From: Felis catus
Taxonomy: Eukaryota
Assembly: GCF_018350175.1 (NCBI RefSeq)
Contig: NC_058368.1
Span: forward strand, 195,116,001-195,180,000
Length of the DNA: 64,000 nucleotides
Direction of reading: 5' to 3'
The notes below the pieces were generated by a model, which was not told the origin of the DNA, did not search any database, and worked only from the letters and a program-made list of their open reading frames with translations. Numbering within the stretch: position 1 is the first letter of the stretch; each line of letters begins with the position of its first letter. Shown in pieces: positions 1 to 12,677 of the stretch. Made by a program: the position numbers and the translations under genes.

Positions 1-478
1 ACAACCCCTCCCGTAACCCTCAGTTTGTTCTATTTGAGTCTCTTATGTTTTGTCCCCCTCCTTGTTTTTCTATTATTTTTCCTTCCCTTCCCTTATGTTC
101 ATCTGTTTTGTATCTTACATTCCTCCTATGAGTGAAGTCATATGGTATTTGTCTTTCTCTGACTAGTTTTGCTTAGCAAGAATTTTTTTTCAGAGTGGCT
201 GCACCAGTTTGCATTCCCACCAGCAGTGCAAAAGAGATCCTCTTTCTCCGCATCCTTGCCAATATCTGTTGTTGCCTGAGTTGTTAACGTTAGCCATTCT
301 GACTGGTGTAAGGTGGTATCTCATTGTGGTTTTGATTTGTATTTCCCTGAGGATGAGTGATGTTGAGCATTTTTTCATGTGTCTGTTAGCCATCTGGATG
401 TCTTCTTTGGAGAAGTGTTTATTCATATCTTTTGCCCATTTCCTCACTGGATTATTTGTTTTTTGGGGTGTTGAGTTG
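1..478 (-). mobile_element. L1 3' fragment (carnivore/felid), internally deleted near 180-190
   Basis: Minus-strand [53 protein letters not shown] is the L1 ORF2 C-terminus; L1 3'UTR at 1-178. Confidence 0.9.
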
Positions 479-519
479 CATTTGGGTTTTATTCTAATGG
501 GATAGGAAGCATTAAGGGT

Positions 520-1020
520 AAATCAATTAGAACTAAGTTTGGCTGCATGTAATAGAAAACCTCAAAATAATAGTGACTTAAGCCAGATAAAAATTATTTC
601 TTTGTCAGGTAAAATTTCAGGGTTGATATGGCAGTTCCTTGGTCATCAGGCACCAAGCTGTTTGTTTCTGCTCTGTGACCCTAGCTAATGGCTTCCATCG
701 TTAAGGTCACTTTGTGGTTCACAATGGCTGCTGGCACTCCAGCCATTGTGTCTGAATTCCAGGTAAAGGGAATTCAGGAAAAAGGAAGAAAGGAAGGACA
801 AAAGAGATGGACTTTCACATGCTAATCCAAGTATTGCTGAAAGCAACAATAACTCTGTGCTTTGGAGTCCCTTTTCATTCCACCAGGAGCGAGTCTCTGC
901 CACGTAATATAGTTTCACCACCTTGGGAAGGAGAAGAGATGAAGAGGCCCAGCTTAGTTTTCTCTGTCTTGTCAAGAGTGAGCATTTGAGGGATCTGAGC
1001 AGGAGAGTCCACGATACATG
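520..1020 (-). mobile_element. Old MaLR LTR (MLT1J/K-like)
   Basis: tttggctgcatgtaatagaaaacctcaaaataatagtgacttaa...ggtcac...atggctgctggcactccagccat. Confidence 0.55.
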
Positions 1021-1995
1021 AGACATTTGGATTTAGCCATAGGCAGAGCTGCCCCTAGGGTGTACATGGCCTTGGCCAAATTTGTCGGTGGGAGGAGTGG
1101 GGCCCCTATCTATATAAACAATTTGATTTAAAGAAAAAAAAAAAGAAGATGGAATTCGTAGGTGAGTCAAATTCCTGAAAGTATCCTTCTGGATCTCAAT
1201 CTCCATGCATCTTGCTGGCTAGAAGATGGATATTGGGGGATAGAATTCTGCAAGGGTTTTAAGCAGGGCAGGGACATGAAGCAATTTGCATTTTAAAAGG
1301 GTCATTCTAGCTTCCAAGTGTAACATGGACAGTAATGGGAAAAGAGTGGGAAGAATATCAAAAAGGGCGTCATAGACTTGGTTCCTGGTCCTGTGGTTAG
1401 ACAAATCAACCATATGACCTTCAACAAGCCTCTCCCCCCTGCCTGGGTCTGAATGTCCTCATTTCTTAATTTGGATTCGATTTGACAAGCACTCGGCTCC
1501 CTTCTTATTTTTTTCTGGCTTCTTTCTCCATATGAGACTAACTTACCAGAGGTGGTTGCCTGTGGGCCCAGGACCTCTCAGAGCTGGCTCTGGGTCCTGG
1601 AAAAGCATCACCAGTTCCCAGGTTTCTTCCGGGCCTTTCTCCTGTCCTCCTTTAGGCCTGGGCACCTGGGTTCTGGAAGGAGGGAGAGGGTCCAGCCCCT
1701 GCCCCTGTCTGCACCTCCACCTGCCTGGGTTCTGTTTTCTCCTGCTCTGTCCATGCCCCTCTCTGCCTGTCTTCTCCACCTTTGTCTCCTCTGCTTCCTC
1801 CATCTTGCTCCCTGCCTTCTGCACGGATTTCTGAGAGCGCCACACCGTGCCAGCCTCTGAAGGAACCGGTCAGAGTCCCTGCCCATCAGAACCCGGCTTC
1901 TTCTGCTTTTCGTACTCTTGATGTTCTCTCTGTGGTGGTTTCTTCTTGTTTCCCAGTCTTTTTGCCTTTCTCTTCAGGTCTGAATCTGTATTTTA

Positions 1996-2249
1996 TTTTA
2001 TTTTATTTTATTTTATTTTATTTATTTTTTTTTTTAATTTTTTTTTCAACGTTTATTTATTTTTGGGACAGAGAGAGACAGAGCATGAACAGGGGAGGGG
2101 CAGAGAGAGAGGGAGACACAGAATCGGAAGCAGGCTCCAGGCTCTGAGCCATCAGCCCAGAGCCTGACGCGGGGCTCGAACTCACGGACCGCGAGATCGT
2201 GACCTGGCCAAAGTCGGACGCTTAACTGACTGCGCCACCCAGGCGCCCC
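1996..2249 (-). mobile_element. Young felid SINE (SINEC_Fc) with TSD ctgaatctgtatttta
   Basis: Poly-T tail, gagacagagcatgaac...cgccacccaggcgcccc; TSD at 1980-1995 and 2249-2264. Confidence 0.95.
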
Positions 2250-2280
2250 TGAATCTGTATTTTAAAAGCATAAAATAATT

Positions 2281-2488
2281 GGGGCGCCTGGGTGGCTCAG
2301 TCAGTTAATAGTCCGACTTCGGCTCAGGTCGTGATCTCATGGTTCATGGGTTCGAGCCCCGCGTTGGGCTCTGTGCTGACAGCTCAGAGCCTGGAGCCTG
2401 TTTCAGATTCTGTGTCTCCGTCTCTCTCTTCCCTGCCCCCACTCGCTCTCTGTCTCAAAAATGAACAAACATTTAAAAAAAAATTTTT
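2281..2488 (+). mobile_element. Felid SINE with TSD aaagcataaaataat
   Basis: ggggcgcctgggtggctcagtc...ctcaaaaatgaacaaac; TSD at 2265-2279 and 2489-2503. Confidence 0.95.
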
Positions 2489-3299
2489 AAAGCATAAAAT
2501 AATAGGTGATTATATGTTCATAAGAGCGAATTTGAAGGCCACCCCCCCACCTCTGTTTTCCACTCGACCCCATCCCTTCTCCAGAGGCTGCCCCTGACCT
2601 TCTGACTCTGTATGTGGGTCTGACTGGGTCTCAGGCCCACTGCCCTTCTCTGTCTGTGTCTCTGTCTCTTTCTCCGGCTCTCTCTCAGTGTCTGTTTATG
2701 TCCTTCCCTTTCTCGCTCTGTCTCAAGTTTCTCACTCTCGCCTGTCTCCTTCTATTTCTGCCTCTCTTGACAAAATATAGGTTTTTTTTTTAAGGTTAAA
2801 AACACAACTCTTACACAGATAAAAGATGAGTGCATGTCAATAATTTCTTTACCCTGTTATGAGGGGCTAAGGATGGAAAAGCTGGTTTGGAGAGAATTCA
2901 GAGGGAGATAGGCACTGAAGAAAAGTGGGGAACAGGCGGCTAGGTCATCCACAAAACTGGTCAATGTCCTAAAAGTTGCCAAAACTATAACCTCTGAGCT
3001 TCTTCCTTTAACTGATCAGAAACTTACAAATTAATATGTACCTGCACAGTCAGAGTCCTAATCAATAGTAAACAGCAAGTCAAACAATAGGTCCCCGAGA
3101 GAGGAAGGGGGTCCTTGGATGGGCCCAGCAGGCCACGCTCCAGAGGTGCAGTCACCTTCTTACTGCTTAAGTTTGGGGTCGGATTTGTCCACATCTGTTT
3201 CTGTGTGTCTGTCTCTTCCTGTCCCTACGTCCTCGCCTCTGCCTCCGTCCTGGTCATGACAGACTGTCAGTGGGTGTCTCTCTCTCTTTGGTTCTAGTT

Positions 3300-3423
3300 T
3301 TCTTTTCTTCTCCTTCCTTCTCTTTCTTCTTTTTGTTGATTAAGTGGGCTCCACGCCCAACATGGGGCTGGAACTCATGGCCTTGACAGCAAGAGTCACA
3401 TGCTCTACCAGCCGGGTGCCCCT
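3300..3423 (-). mobile_element. Short old carnivore SINE
   Basis: gggctccacgcccaacatggggctggaactc...caagagtcacatgctctacc. Confidence 0.75.
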
Positions 3424-6400
3424 GGCTCTCGTTTTCTGTCTTGATTTTAGCCACTTTTACCTGGGAGTCAACCGTGCGCTAGGACCTGCACCAGCAGCTA
3501 TGGCGAAAGGAAGAGCTGAGTCTGATGTGCCCTTGCACCCTGTCTGCATTTCTTTTCAGAACTGGAAGGAAATCAAGTGGAAATTCTGAGAACTTGGAGG
3601 AACGGAGCTGAGGGTGTGGGACGTGGCGGGGAAGGGAGGGCTCGCCAGCTGCTGTGGGCTGTTAGCGAGCTCCCGGCTTCAGCTGGCTGGGGCGGAGATG
3701 ATTTCACACCACAAAAATGTCTGAATCAGGAGAATAACCCAACTTGGGATGCGGCTGGGAAGCAGGCAGTGTAGTGGGGGCATGGGGGCTGAGATCTGTG
3801 CGGGGGGCAGGGGCCGAGATAGGTGGCTGGCTACAATTCACCAAGGGCCTTGGGCGTCCCTCATTGTTCTGGGATTTCAGGAGAGAAAGGCTCTCTTCTT
3901 TCATGTTGCGAGTGAAATCACAGCGCCCGGCCTCTAGAGCGATAGCAAGATAGACGCAGGCTTGCAACCCTGAAGAATCATAAGGCTGTGCTAGCAAACT
4001 CAAGGATCTGAGCGAGGCATCCAACGGAGGGACAAGAGCAGGAGAGGGAAGAGAAAGAGAAGAGGAAACACTGAATGTACAGGCTGGAAGGCCTTAAATT
4101 AAATGACCTAGGGGATTTCAAGTGTTTTATTAGCTGCAGAACCCTTTGCTTGCATGAGAGACTGCTATTAAAATAGCCAAACAACAGCTGCCTCTGGGGC
4201 TTCAAGAGGAGAGCCTAAGCCTCTCTGTCCTGATCACCCACTGTTTGGAAATTATGACCTAATGCCCCACACTCATTTTACAAATGAGCGAACTAAGGCT
4301 CAGAGAGGGGAGAAGACTTGCCCAAGTCATTTACGGAGTGGGTGAAGAGCTCGGATCTCATGACTCCTTGACCAGTGCTCTTTTTTAAAAGGATGGGGTC
4401 CGGGCAAAAAAGGAAGGAGAGAAGAGAAATGAAGTGAAAGAGAAGAGGAACAGATTAGGAAAGAGAAGGAAGAAAGAGGCTGGGTCTCTTTCAAGTTGTC
4501 CAAACCAGGAGGTTAAATGCTAGCCTTTCTCCCAGAAGAATACAGAAGAGAGATAGTTAATTTCTTTAAAGAAAGGTGAATGTGGCCCGCATCAGTAAAG
4601 GTACCACACTGGTGTGCCAAAGGGAGATTTCTCCAGGCTCAGGCCCACGTAGTCCTGGTATATTTCTTAAAGGGGATGCTCACATCTATCACCTGCCTAT
4701 CCTGCCTGTCCCTGAACACACTGAGTTTGCCCGCCTGGGAACCCCGGTCTGTCCTCCAGGGATGTACCAGGCTGGTGGATGGAGCCCCTTCCTCCCGCTG
4801 CTGGGAGGAAGTAGGTACTACCAGCTGTCTGCCCAGGGTGAGGAGACTGCGAACTTCTGGGGAGGGGGTGTCTAACACACTCTGGGGCTCACACTTGGCT
4901 CTTGAAACCTCCCCCTTCCCACGGTGCCCAGTACAGTTTATGTTTCTCATACTCTGTATCCTTGGACAGATAACCCTCTTTTTCCATGCCCATCGTTTCT
5001 TCTCTGGTAGGGCCAGGAGCTAATGATAAATTTGTGCTTTTCAAAAACAATTTTTTTGTAGGTAGTGAAACCATTTGAAGAAATGGAATCTTGGGCAAAA
5101 GTCCAATGTGTCAGACAGAGAATAGCAGGAAGCAGGGATGGGCTGGGGGCCTGGAGATCTGCCCCCTTAAGTTTCCCTCATGGAGCTCTTAGGGCCGCAC
5201 AGAAGGCAGTCTGAATACCACCGACACGGGGCACCACGAAGGTTCCTTACAAGAAGCTCCTGTCTGAGGAAAGCTATCGGATCCAGGAGCGGCGAGAGAG
5301 GACCTAATGAGGCGGTGCTGGACCAGCCTCAGAAGAGGACAATGAGGCCTACTTTGTGCCAGGAAACGGTGGAGATAAAGAGACTGTCACTGGAGAAGAG
5401 GGGTCGGGGCTCAGCCGCTTAGTCCAGGTCTCCCTTCCTCATTCCCCAAGCTGTCCCCCGGGTCGGCTGAGTCACCGCCGCCACGTCGCTGGGCTGGAGG
5501 GCCCTTATTACTCCTGGTGGCACAGCTACTGAAACCGAAGAGAGGTTTGGTTTGCGGGCCACGTCAGGCATCGTGTAAGAGCTGCCACGTCGTAGGGTTG
5601 GGTTATTGGGCTTTCCTCCTCCTTCAGGAAAGATTTCCAGGCGTGTGGCGTTTCAGAAGAAAATTGGTGCCTGCGTGTGAGTGTTCCCTGGACCCGGACC
5701 AGCAGCTGTAATATTACAGAGCCAGGGATGGGAGGAGACAGAACCAATCCACTGCTGAGCTCCTCCAACCCCGTCCAGGCCAGAGGGAGCCCTGCACCTT
5801 CAGTCATGGAAACAGAATGCTGGGGAAAGACCAAAGGACTTGCCAGTCGCACACAATACTATACAGATCTGTAACATCTAGAGAGTGCATGTCCACACCA
5901 ATAGCAGACGGCATTTTCCTTGGTGTGGTTTAATGGGAAGAACAATAAGCCAAAGAATTCATCAGCTTGGGTTGAGCCCCGGCTCTGCCATTATTGGCCA
6001 AGACGAGTGCCTTCGCCTTCCTGGATTTTAGTTTCTTTTCAAGACAAGGGCGTTGGATCAAATAAACACTTCCCAAGGAGTTCTTCATGGAGCACAAGCT
6101 CTGTGGGATGCATTCCCAAGTTCATGAAAAAGAGGTTAAATGGAAACCAACGGGTTTCTTTTCTGCAGGACGTTTCAGAGGCTTTGATGTTCTGAGGTGC
6201 CTCAGGAATATCCCCAAGCAAGGCGACAAGTGTCACTCCTTTCCCAAACTCACTTAATCCTAAGGAACCTCTTTTTCCTGAGGACTGATATTTTGTGGAA
6301 CACACGTTGGGAAATGTTGAATAAGCTCATGCTCTAATGATATGAGAGTGAACATTATGGACAGCTTAGGATATGCAACAGTGAGCCAGGTGTATGATAT

Positions 6401-7842
6401 ATATGATCTCCCAACTCCTCACAAGAACCCCATTACGTGGGGGCTTACCCTGCACCCTTGAGGACCTGAGGCTGGAGGCTCAATAATGTCCCCAAGTTTT
6501 CCAGAGCTGAATAGCTTGCCGTAGAACCCAAGCCCAGAGATTTGACTCCAAAGCTGGGCCTCTTACCCACTCTCTAAAACCCATGCTCACTGGAGTAGTA
6601 CACTGACTTTGTACCCACAAGGGTCAAGTATAATCATGCTCATTTTATAGATAAGGAAGCCAGATGGAGAGGACAGATGTCTGCCCAAGGACAGACTGTG
6701 AGCAGGGCTGTAGGGCACAGGTCCTACTAAGGGCAGGATCCATCTAGGAACTAAGGTTAATGCTTCTCCTTGGGTGGGTTTGTGTTCACGTGAAGAAGGA
6801 CAGCCAACACACTGTCAACCATGTGTCACCTCAGTGAAGAAGGGGGGTCTGTGAGGTAGGCTTCGGTAAGCCCTCCCTGGAGCCCTGGCAGGAGGCACTG
6901 GAAGGAGACTTGGGTTGACTGTTCAGGTTGGACTCTTCACTTCCGCTCCCCCGGGGGTCAGCTGTGTGACCTTGGGCAAGTCCCGGAGGGATGCTTGCTG
7001 TCTGCTCAAGCCCAAAATGTTCTTAGCAAATCCTGACTTTTCTACCTCACAGACTAGCTGTACCACTCAAGGAGATTATGGGTATAGAAGTCCTTTGTGA
7101 ACTGTGAAGAGCTGAGGGGAAAAAAATCTAAAGTTGCTCAGCGGGCGTGCTACAAGTGGGGAGGGGGCTGACGTGAAATTTCATCGTCTTCTCTGTTTAG
7201 CCTTGGCCCGGTCAGCAGCCACTCTGCCCAGGAGACCAAGGGCCAGTTGACAATGGGGTTTTTGTGCCCTTCAGCCAATGGAGGGCCTTCCTGGGAAAAG
7301 ATACAGTAATAGGAACACAGGCTGAGTCAGTCTCTATACACCCAGGCCTTCCTAGCTTGGCAGCCTTGACTTTGAGCCAGACACACAAAGAGGGCATTTC
7401 AGAGTTTTGCCGCATAATCTTCATCCAAAGGCATCAGCAGGTCCAGTCTCTGCCTCTGGAGACCTGGAGCAGTCAGAGCTGGCCTCAGCCTGGGCCTGTG
7501 GCCTTGGACTATGCAATTCTCAAATTCCTCAGCCCTATAGGGAAGGTGTAGTGTTGAGTAGGGCTTAAGGGCCCATCCGTTCTGAGCTTCAAAGAATAGG
7601 AGAGATTCAGCCTGATCTTGAAGGATGGGTAGGTTTGGGGCAGATGGGGGGAAGGGAGGCAGCCTCACCAAAAGTGTGGTGTAGGCAGGTTTTGTGATCA
7701 GAAGCCTTGGAGAATAGGGGGTCTGGAGTTGTGCTACTTGTGTGGATTCCTGGCTACACCACTGTGGGACTCTGAGCAAGTAATTGAGTTCTCTGAACCT
7801 TTGTTTCCTCATCTTTAAAATGGGAGTGGTAATTGTACTTAC

Positions 7843-8284
7843 CAAATAATGGCCCCCCTCCCAAAGGTGTCCATGATCTGATCCCCGTAACTGTAAATAT
7901 GCCACCTTACATGGCGAAGGGGACTTTGCAGATGAAGTTAAGGGTTTTGAGATGGGAAGATTGCCTTAGATGATCAGGTTGACTCAGTGTAATCCCTAGT
8001 CTTTAGTAGAGGGAGGCAAGAGGGTCAAAGTCCAGAAACAGATACGATAAAGAAGCAGAGGTCGGCGTGTCATTCTTTCAAGATGAAGGGATGGGTCACC
8101 AGCCAAGGAATGCAAGTGGCCTCTAGAAGCTGAGAAAGGCAAGGAGACGGTTCTTCCCTCCAGCTTCCAACAACACCCCGATTTTCCAACTTCTGACCCC
8201 CAGAACTGTTAAAGTAAATGGATGTGTGTTTTAAATGATCAGGTTTGCAGTAATTTGTTTTAGCGACAGGGGGAAACTAATACA
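7843..8284 (+). mobile_element. MLT1 (C/D-like) MaLR LTR
   Basis: aataatggcccc...ggactttgcagatg...gagatgggaagatt...ccaaggaatgc...ctagaagctg...aaactaataca. Confidence 0.85.
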
Positions 8285-9119
8285 CTACCTAAGTGTGTAT
8301 ATTAAGTGAAGATTAAATGGGATGATGGATAGAAAGTATTTTGCCCAAGGTCTGCTCAGTATTACTGGGATTATTATTTCTTTTCCTACTTGAGTCATAA
8401 TTATTCCACGGGGACCTGGTCCTCCAGGGGCCTGCAAGTTCCCACACACAAAATCTGTCAATGTTTTTAACTGCAAGGCCCATTCAGGATTTATGGCCTG
8501 GAGACCTGAACCCCTGAGATTCTGACACCGTTTCTGATGTAAGGCCCTAGGGGATGTTTCTTGGCACTGCTTTTATTTACTTGACTTTCTGCTTGGTTGC
8601 GTTCGTTCTTGCCAGAAGCCAGGTCGACAGAGACTCGCTGATCTATTTCCAGGGTCCAGACCTCTTGCTCCCTGTCCAGGTACTGCTGCCCATACGTGGG
8701 AACACTGGATCCCCATCTGGCTCCAGTCCAGCTCCCAGAGATGGTCCTCCAGCTAGTTCAGGTGACAGAGACTCTGGAGTTCCTGAGCAGAAAGACAAAC
8801 AGGTTCTAGGTAGGATTGAAAATCTGCCTCTGAGGTAGGGGACAGGAGACCTGGCTCTGAATCCCAGCCCCACTGGGTGATCGGGGCCTCAGTTTCCCCA
8901 TACCTACAATATAGGTTATAAGCCCTACCCTGACTCCCTCACCAGACTGCTCTGTCCCTCGCTGAGACAGTACATGAGGAAATAACCTTAGAATGGCCAA
9001 AAGGGTGTAAAAATGGAACAAATAAAGAAGAGGAGAAAGAGGAAGGAGAAAAGGAGGAGGAACAGGAGAAGGGGGATCTCCGAACGGCAGTTCTAAGCAC
9101 ACTTTCAGTTACTTAAAGA

Positions 9120-9432
9120 TGCCAAGCTCCCCCTGCCCCAGGGTCTTGGCACCTGTTTCCCCTTGACTGGAATGTTCCTCCCGCCACACCCCTCACTGAC
9201 TCACCATGTAACCTTTTTTCTCAAAATTTGCGTCTTTCGAGAGACCTACCCTAACTACGCTATCTAAAGTAGCCCCCCCCATTACTTTTTTCATTTCATT
9301 CTGTTTATCTCATCCATAGAATTGATCACAATCTAAAACTAGTTCCTTGCCTTGCCCGCCTTAGCTATTCAAATGTCTCTGTCCCACCTCCTGCTGTGTC
9401 CCCAGTGCGGTAGAGTCAATGAATGAATGAAG
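9120..9432 (+). mobile_element. L2 3' remnant
   Basis: gccaagctcccc...ggaatgttcctcc...ending tgaatgaatgaa. Confidence 0.6.
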
Positions 9433-11029
9433 GAGGTAGCTGATGTTCTGGAGGTGTGGACAGCCTAGACGCCATGCACGCGTGCACATTCCCAAGGCAG
9501 CGGGTAGTAAAGCATCCTTGAGTTCCAAGGCTGTGACTGGGTCACAGGATCGGTGCTCGGGTCGGGAAGGACAGGATCAAGGTAGAGTAGGTCGTGTCTA
9601 GAAGAACGCAGCGGGAGGGTGGCTGGACAGGGTGGTGGGCAGGCAGCAAAGATCCCAAGGTACTGACTTCTCGTTTTGCAAGCTGAAAAGCTGATTCAGT
9701 CTGATGTTGGATACACAGCATTCCCAACTAAGAAGAGGGGTACCAAATGGCTGTGGGGTCTAGAGTCTGCTGTCAGAGCTGGAGAGAAATTTAGAAGGTG
9801 GTAGATTGTAGTAGTTGAGCACTTGGGCTCTGGTGTTCTTTAAACTTGGGTTGGAATCTCTGAATTGCCATGTGTCTGGTGGATGAGCCTCGGTGTATTA
9901 CTGATCTGAACTTCATTTCTCACACCTATAAAATGGGGATACTAATAGTTCCCATTTCATAGAGGTTAGATCTGAAAATATATGCCAAAGACTTAGCTCA
10001 GTGCTTGATGCATAGCAGGTGTTTAGTAAATTCTGGCTCTTATTACTACTATTATGCTGTCCAATCTATTTACAAAGGAAAACGGTGTAGCTCATATGGG
10101 GGCGGAGATGGGCCCAAAGTCACTTACTGATTCAGTGGCAGAGTGGGGACTCACAACCAGGTCTATCACACCTGGCCCAAGGTGCCCTTCTTTCCCTGCC
10201 TCTGAAGCCCTTGGTGATGGCAGGAAGACCGGCCTTAGTCCTAGCAGTTTCCCTTCCTAGGTCAAAGTCATCCTTGCTTCAGAGGCTCCTGCTTCCCCAG
10301 GGGTGCTCCTACCCTAGATATAAAAATCTACTGAGTCTTCCTGAGAGGGAGCCTGGCTCAAGGTATCCCCACAGGGGCTGGCAAGTGGCCCCTAGATAGA
10401 ACCTCTCGCCCAGAGCCTTAGCCTAACTCCAACCCACTCTCCAATTCCTGAAGCAAAGACCACATGGGAATGGTTCCATTGGTTCATTCTCATCAGAATC
10501 ATTATCTTAGTTTATAAAGAAGAAACACAACATTTTAGTTAATTTTAGTCCCCACGATGCCTGGGAGCTATAGCAACCAATCCTATAAAAATATGCATCT
10601 GCCCAGATGGCAAAACACTTATCTGAGGAGTCTGCCAGCAGCCAGTATTGAACAGCCAATGCAGGGCATCAGCTCTTGGCTTTTGGATCAGGCAGAGGCC
10701 TTGGGGATCATCTAGAGTAGAGTTCCTTTCTTGGATTCCTGACTAGTGCCTTTGGGAGCCTGAAGAAAGCGTTGGGCCTTCTCTGCAGAAGAATGCACAG
10801 CCACTCAAACTTTTACAATCAATTTTTATAGGGTTGAGGGTCTCTGGAAGACCAGTGTTGGGCACTATTCCAGTCTGGAACCCTATTAAAAGACAACCTC
10901 CTCATTGCGTGAGTGCCAGCTTTGCCTTGGCCACTGTTCTCAACACTTAGAGCATCACAGCGAACATGACATGTGAAGCCTCATGGATCGTTTGTCTGGT
11001 GGGGGAGACAAATAGTTTCTGATCATGGC

Positions 11030-11365
11030 AAGTGCTGGGAGGGAAAAAAGAGTGTAAACTGGTGAACTATGCCTGTGAGAGAAGCAAGGAGACTAATTCC
11101 AGTTGGGTGGTCACGGGGGGCCGAGGGACTCTTTTAGGAGATGACATGGTAACAACAGAGACCTGATGGATGAGGAAACTCCAGGCACAGGAAATTCAGA
11201 TCGACAGCTGTCCCTGGCAGAGGTAAGTGCAAGTGCAAAGAACCAGAGGTAGGAACAACATGGGGGTCATCGAGGAACTGAAAGACTGGTGTCCAGGAGT
11301 AGAGTGAGCATAGAGGACAGGATGGCGAGAGAGGCAGAGGCCATATCATGTAGAAGCTTATGAGA
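11030..11365 (-). mobile_element. L2 remnant
   Basis: ggcagaggtaagtgcaagtgcaaagaaccagaggtagg...gaggaactgaaag...ggccatatcatgtag. Confidence 0.55.
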
Positions 11366-12090
11366 GTGTTCTCAGTCTTCTCTTTCCATGTTATTCAAAC
11401 CAAATCCATGCTTCAAGAGCCACCTGTTCCAGGAAGCCTTCTCCACCTACCCCAACGGAGGAATCCCTCCACTCTGAACTCTGGGATAAACCTCAGAGTC
11501 TGTACCACTCGTGTGAGTGGGTGTATGCCTAAGGCATGCCCTCTCGGCAACAGCCAAAGCTCCTTGAGGACAAAGACCAGGTATTAATTCCTGGATCTCT
11601 CAAAGTCCTAGAAATGCACTCATAAATATATTCATCATATATATGATGATATATATATTCATCATATATATATGATTGATATATTCATCAATATTCTCAT
11701 AAATGTTCAACCAAGACCCATTGTACCAAGAAGTTCATGTAGCATAAGAGTGAGCCAAGTTGAAATGTGGACTCAGCCTGCCCATACCACTTTAAGCCAG
11801 GTGATCTTGGGCAAGTGACTTAGTCCCCCTGAGCCTCTGTTTCTTTATTAGTAAAATGGGGATCAAAACAAAATCTAAGTTAAGGGGTTGCTGGTGAAGA
11901 TTATTAAGTGTCAGTAAACCTTGGCTATTGTTACTTCTACGATTATTATCACTATCATCAATCACCTTATCTACTCTATACTGATGACAGATTCCCTGGC
12001 TAGAAAGCTCATCTCTTATGTGTTATTAGTGGTGCAACCTGAGTCAGAGTTGTTATTTTTAGATCACATCCTAAATCATCAATGATGATG

Positions 12091-12104
12091 CCACCAGAGG
12101 CGGC
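12091..12104 (+). promoter_or_regulatory. CTCF motif, forward
   Basis: CCACCAGAGGGCGG fits CCASYAGRKGGCRS. Confidence 0.6.
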
Positions 12105-12484
12105 TTCTCTTGTCTGTACAGAGGCGAGTCCCGGCTTTGCCTTTGTCACAGATACAACCCCCTTGAATTTCTTTGCCCTCCTCAGTATTGCCTAATGTTC
12201 GGGAGTGCTCTTGTAAAGATTCCTGGTCACAAAGTCAGGACATCTGGGCCTGGCTCTGCCCCTGGGGGCCTTTGGGTAATCCCTGGCCCCTTCCAAGCCT
12301 CAGTTCCCCTCTGAACAACGAGGAGGTTGTTCCTGGTGATTCCTGTGGACCCTTCCAGCCCTGGCACTCCATGAGTCTGTGTAGGCAGCAGTCCCAGAAC
12401 CCACGAGGCAGGCAGAGTTGGGGAGTCTGGTCAGGACAGCAAGGAGAGAAAGAAAAATCTGGAAGACATAGCCGGCTTTGGCTA

Positions 12485-12560
12485 TGGGGAGGCAGGGGAG
12501 GGGGGGGGGAAGGAGGAGACAGAGGAGGAGGAGGAGGGACTGAGGGGTGGAGGGGAGACA
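12485..12560 (+). promoter_or_regulatory. SPARC: SPARC TATA-less promoter, purine-rich GGA boxes (G-quadruplex-capable)
   Basis: ggggaggcaggggagggggggggggaaggaggagacagaggaggaggaggagggac...ggggtggaggggagacagacccagcccagagctc matches the known GGA-repeat SPARC promoter. Confidence 0.9.
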
Positions 12561-12599
12561 GACCCAGCCCAGAGCTCCTAGTGGTTTCCTGTTGCCCGG

Positions 12600-12677
12600 C
12601 TCTAAACCCTCCACATTCCGGCAGACCTTCACACAGCCCAGAGCACTCTGCCTGCTGCCCGCCTGCCTGCCACTGAG
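12600..12677 (+). other. SPARC: SPARC non-coding exon 1 (5' end approximate)
   Basis: CCTG repeats ending ctgcctgctgcccgcctgcctgccactgag|gtacgc, as in mammalian SPARC exon 1; donor GT at 12678. Confidence 0.9.

Noticed and set aside
2281..2360. tRNA-like A/B boxes
   Set aside because: These are the tRNA-derived heads of carnivore SINEs, not tRNA genes
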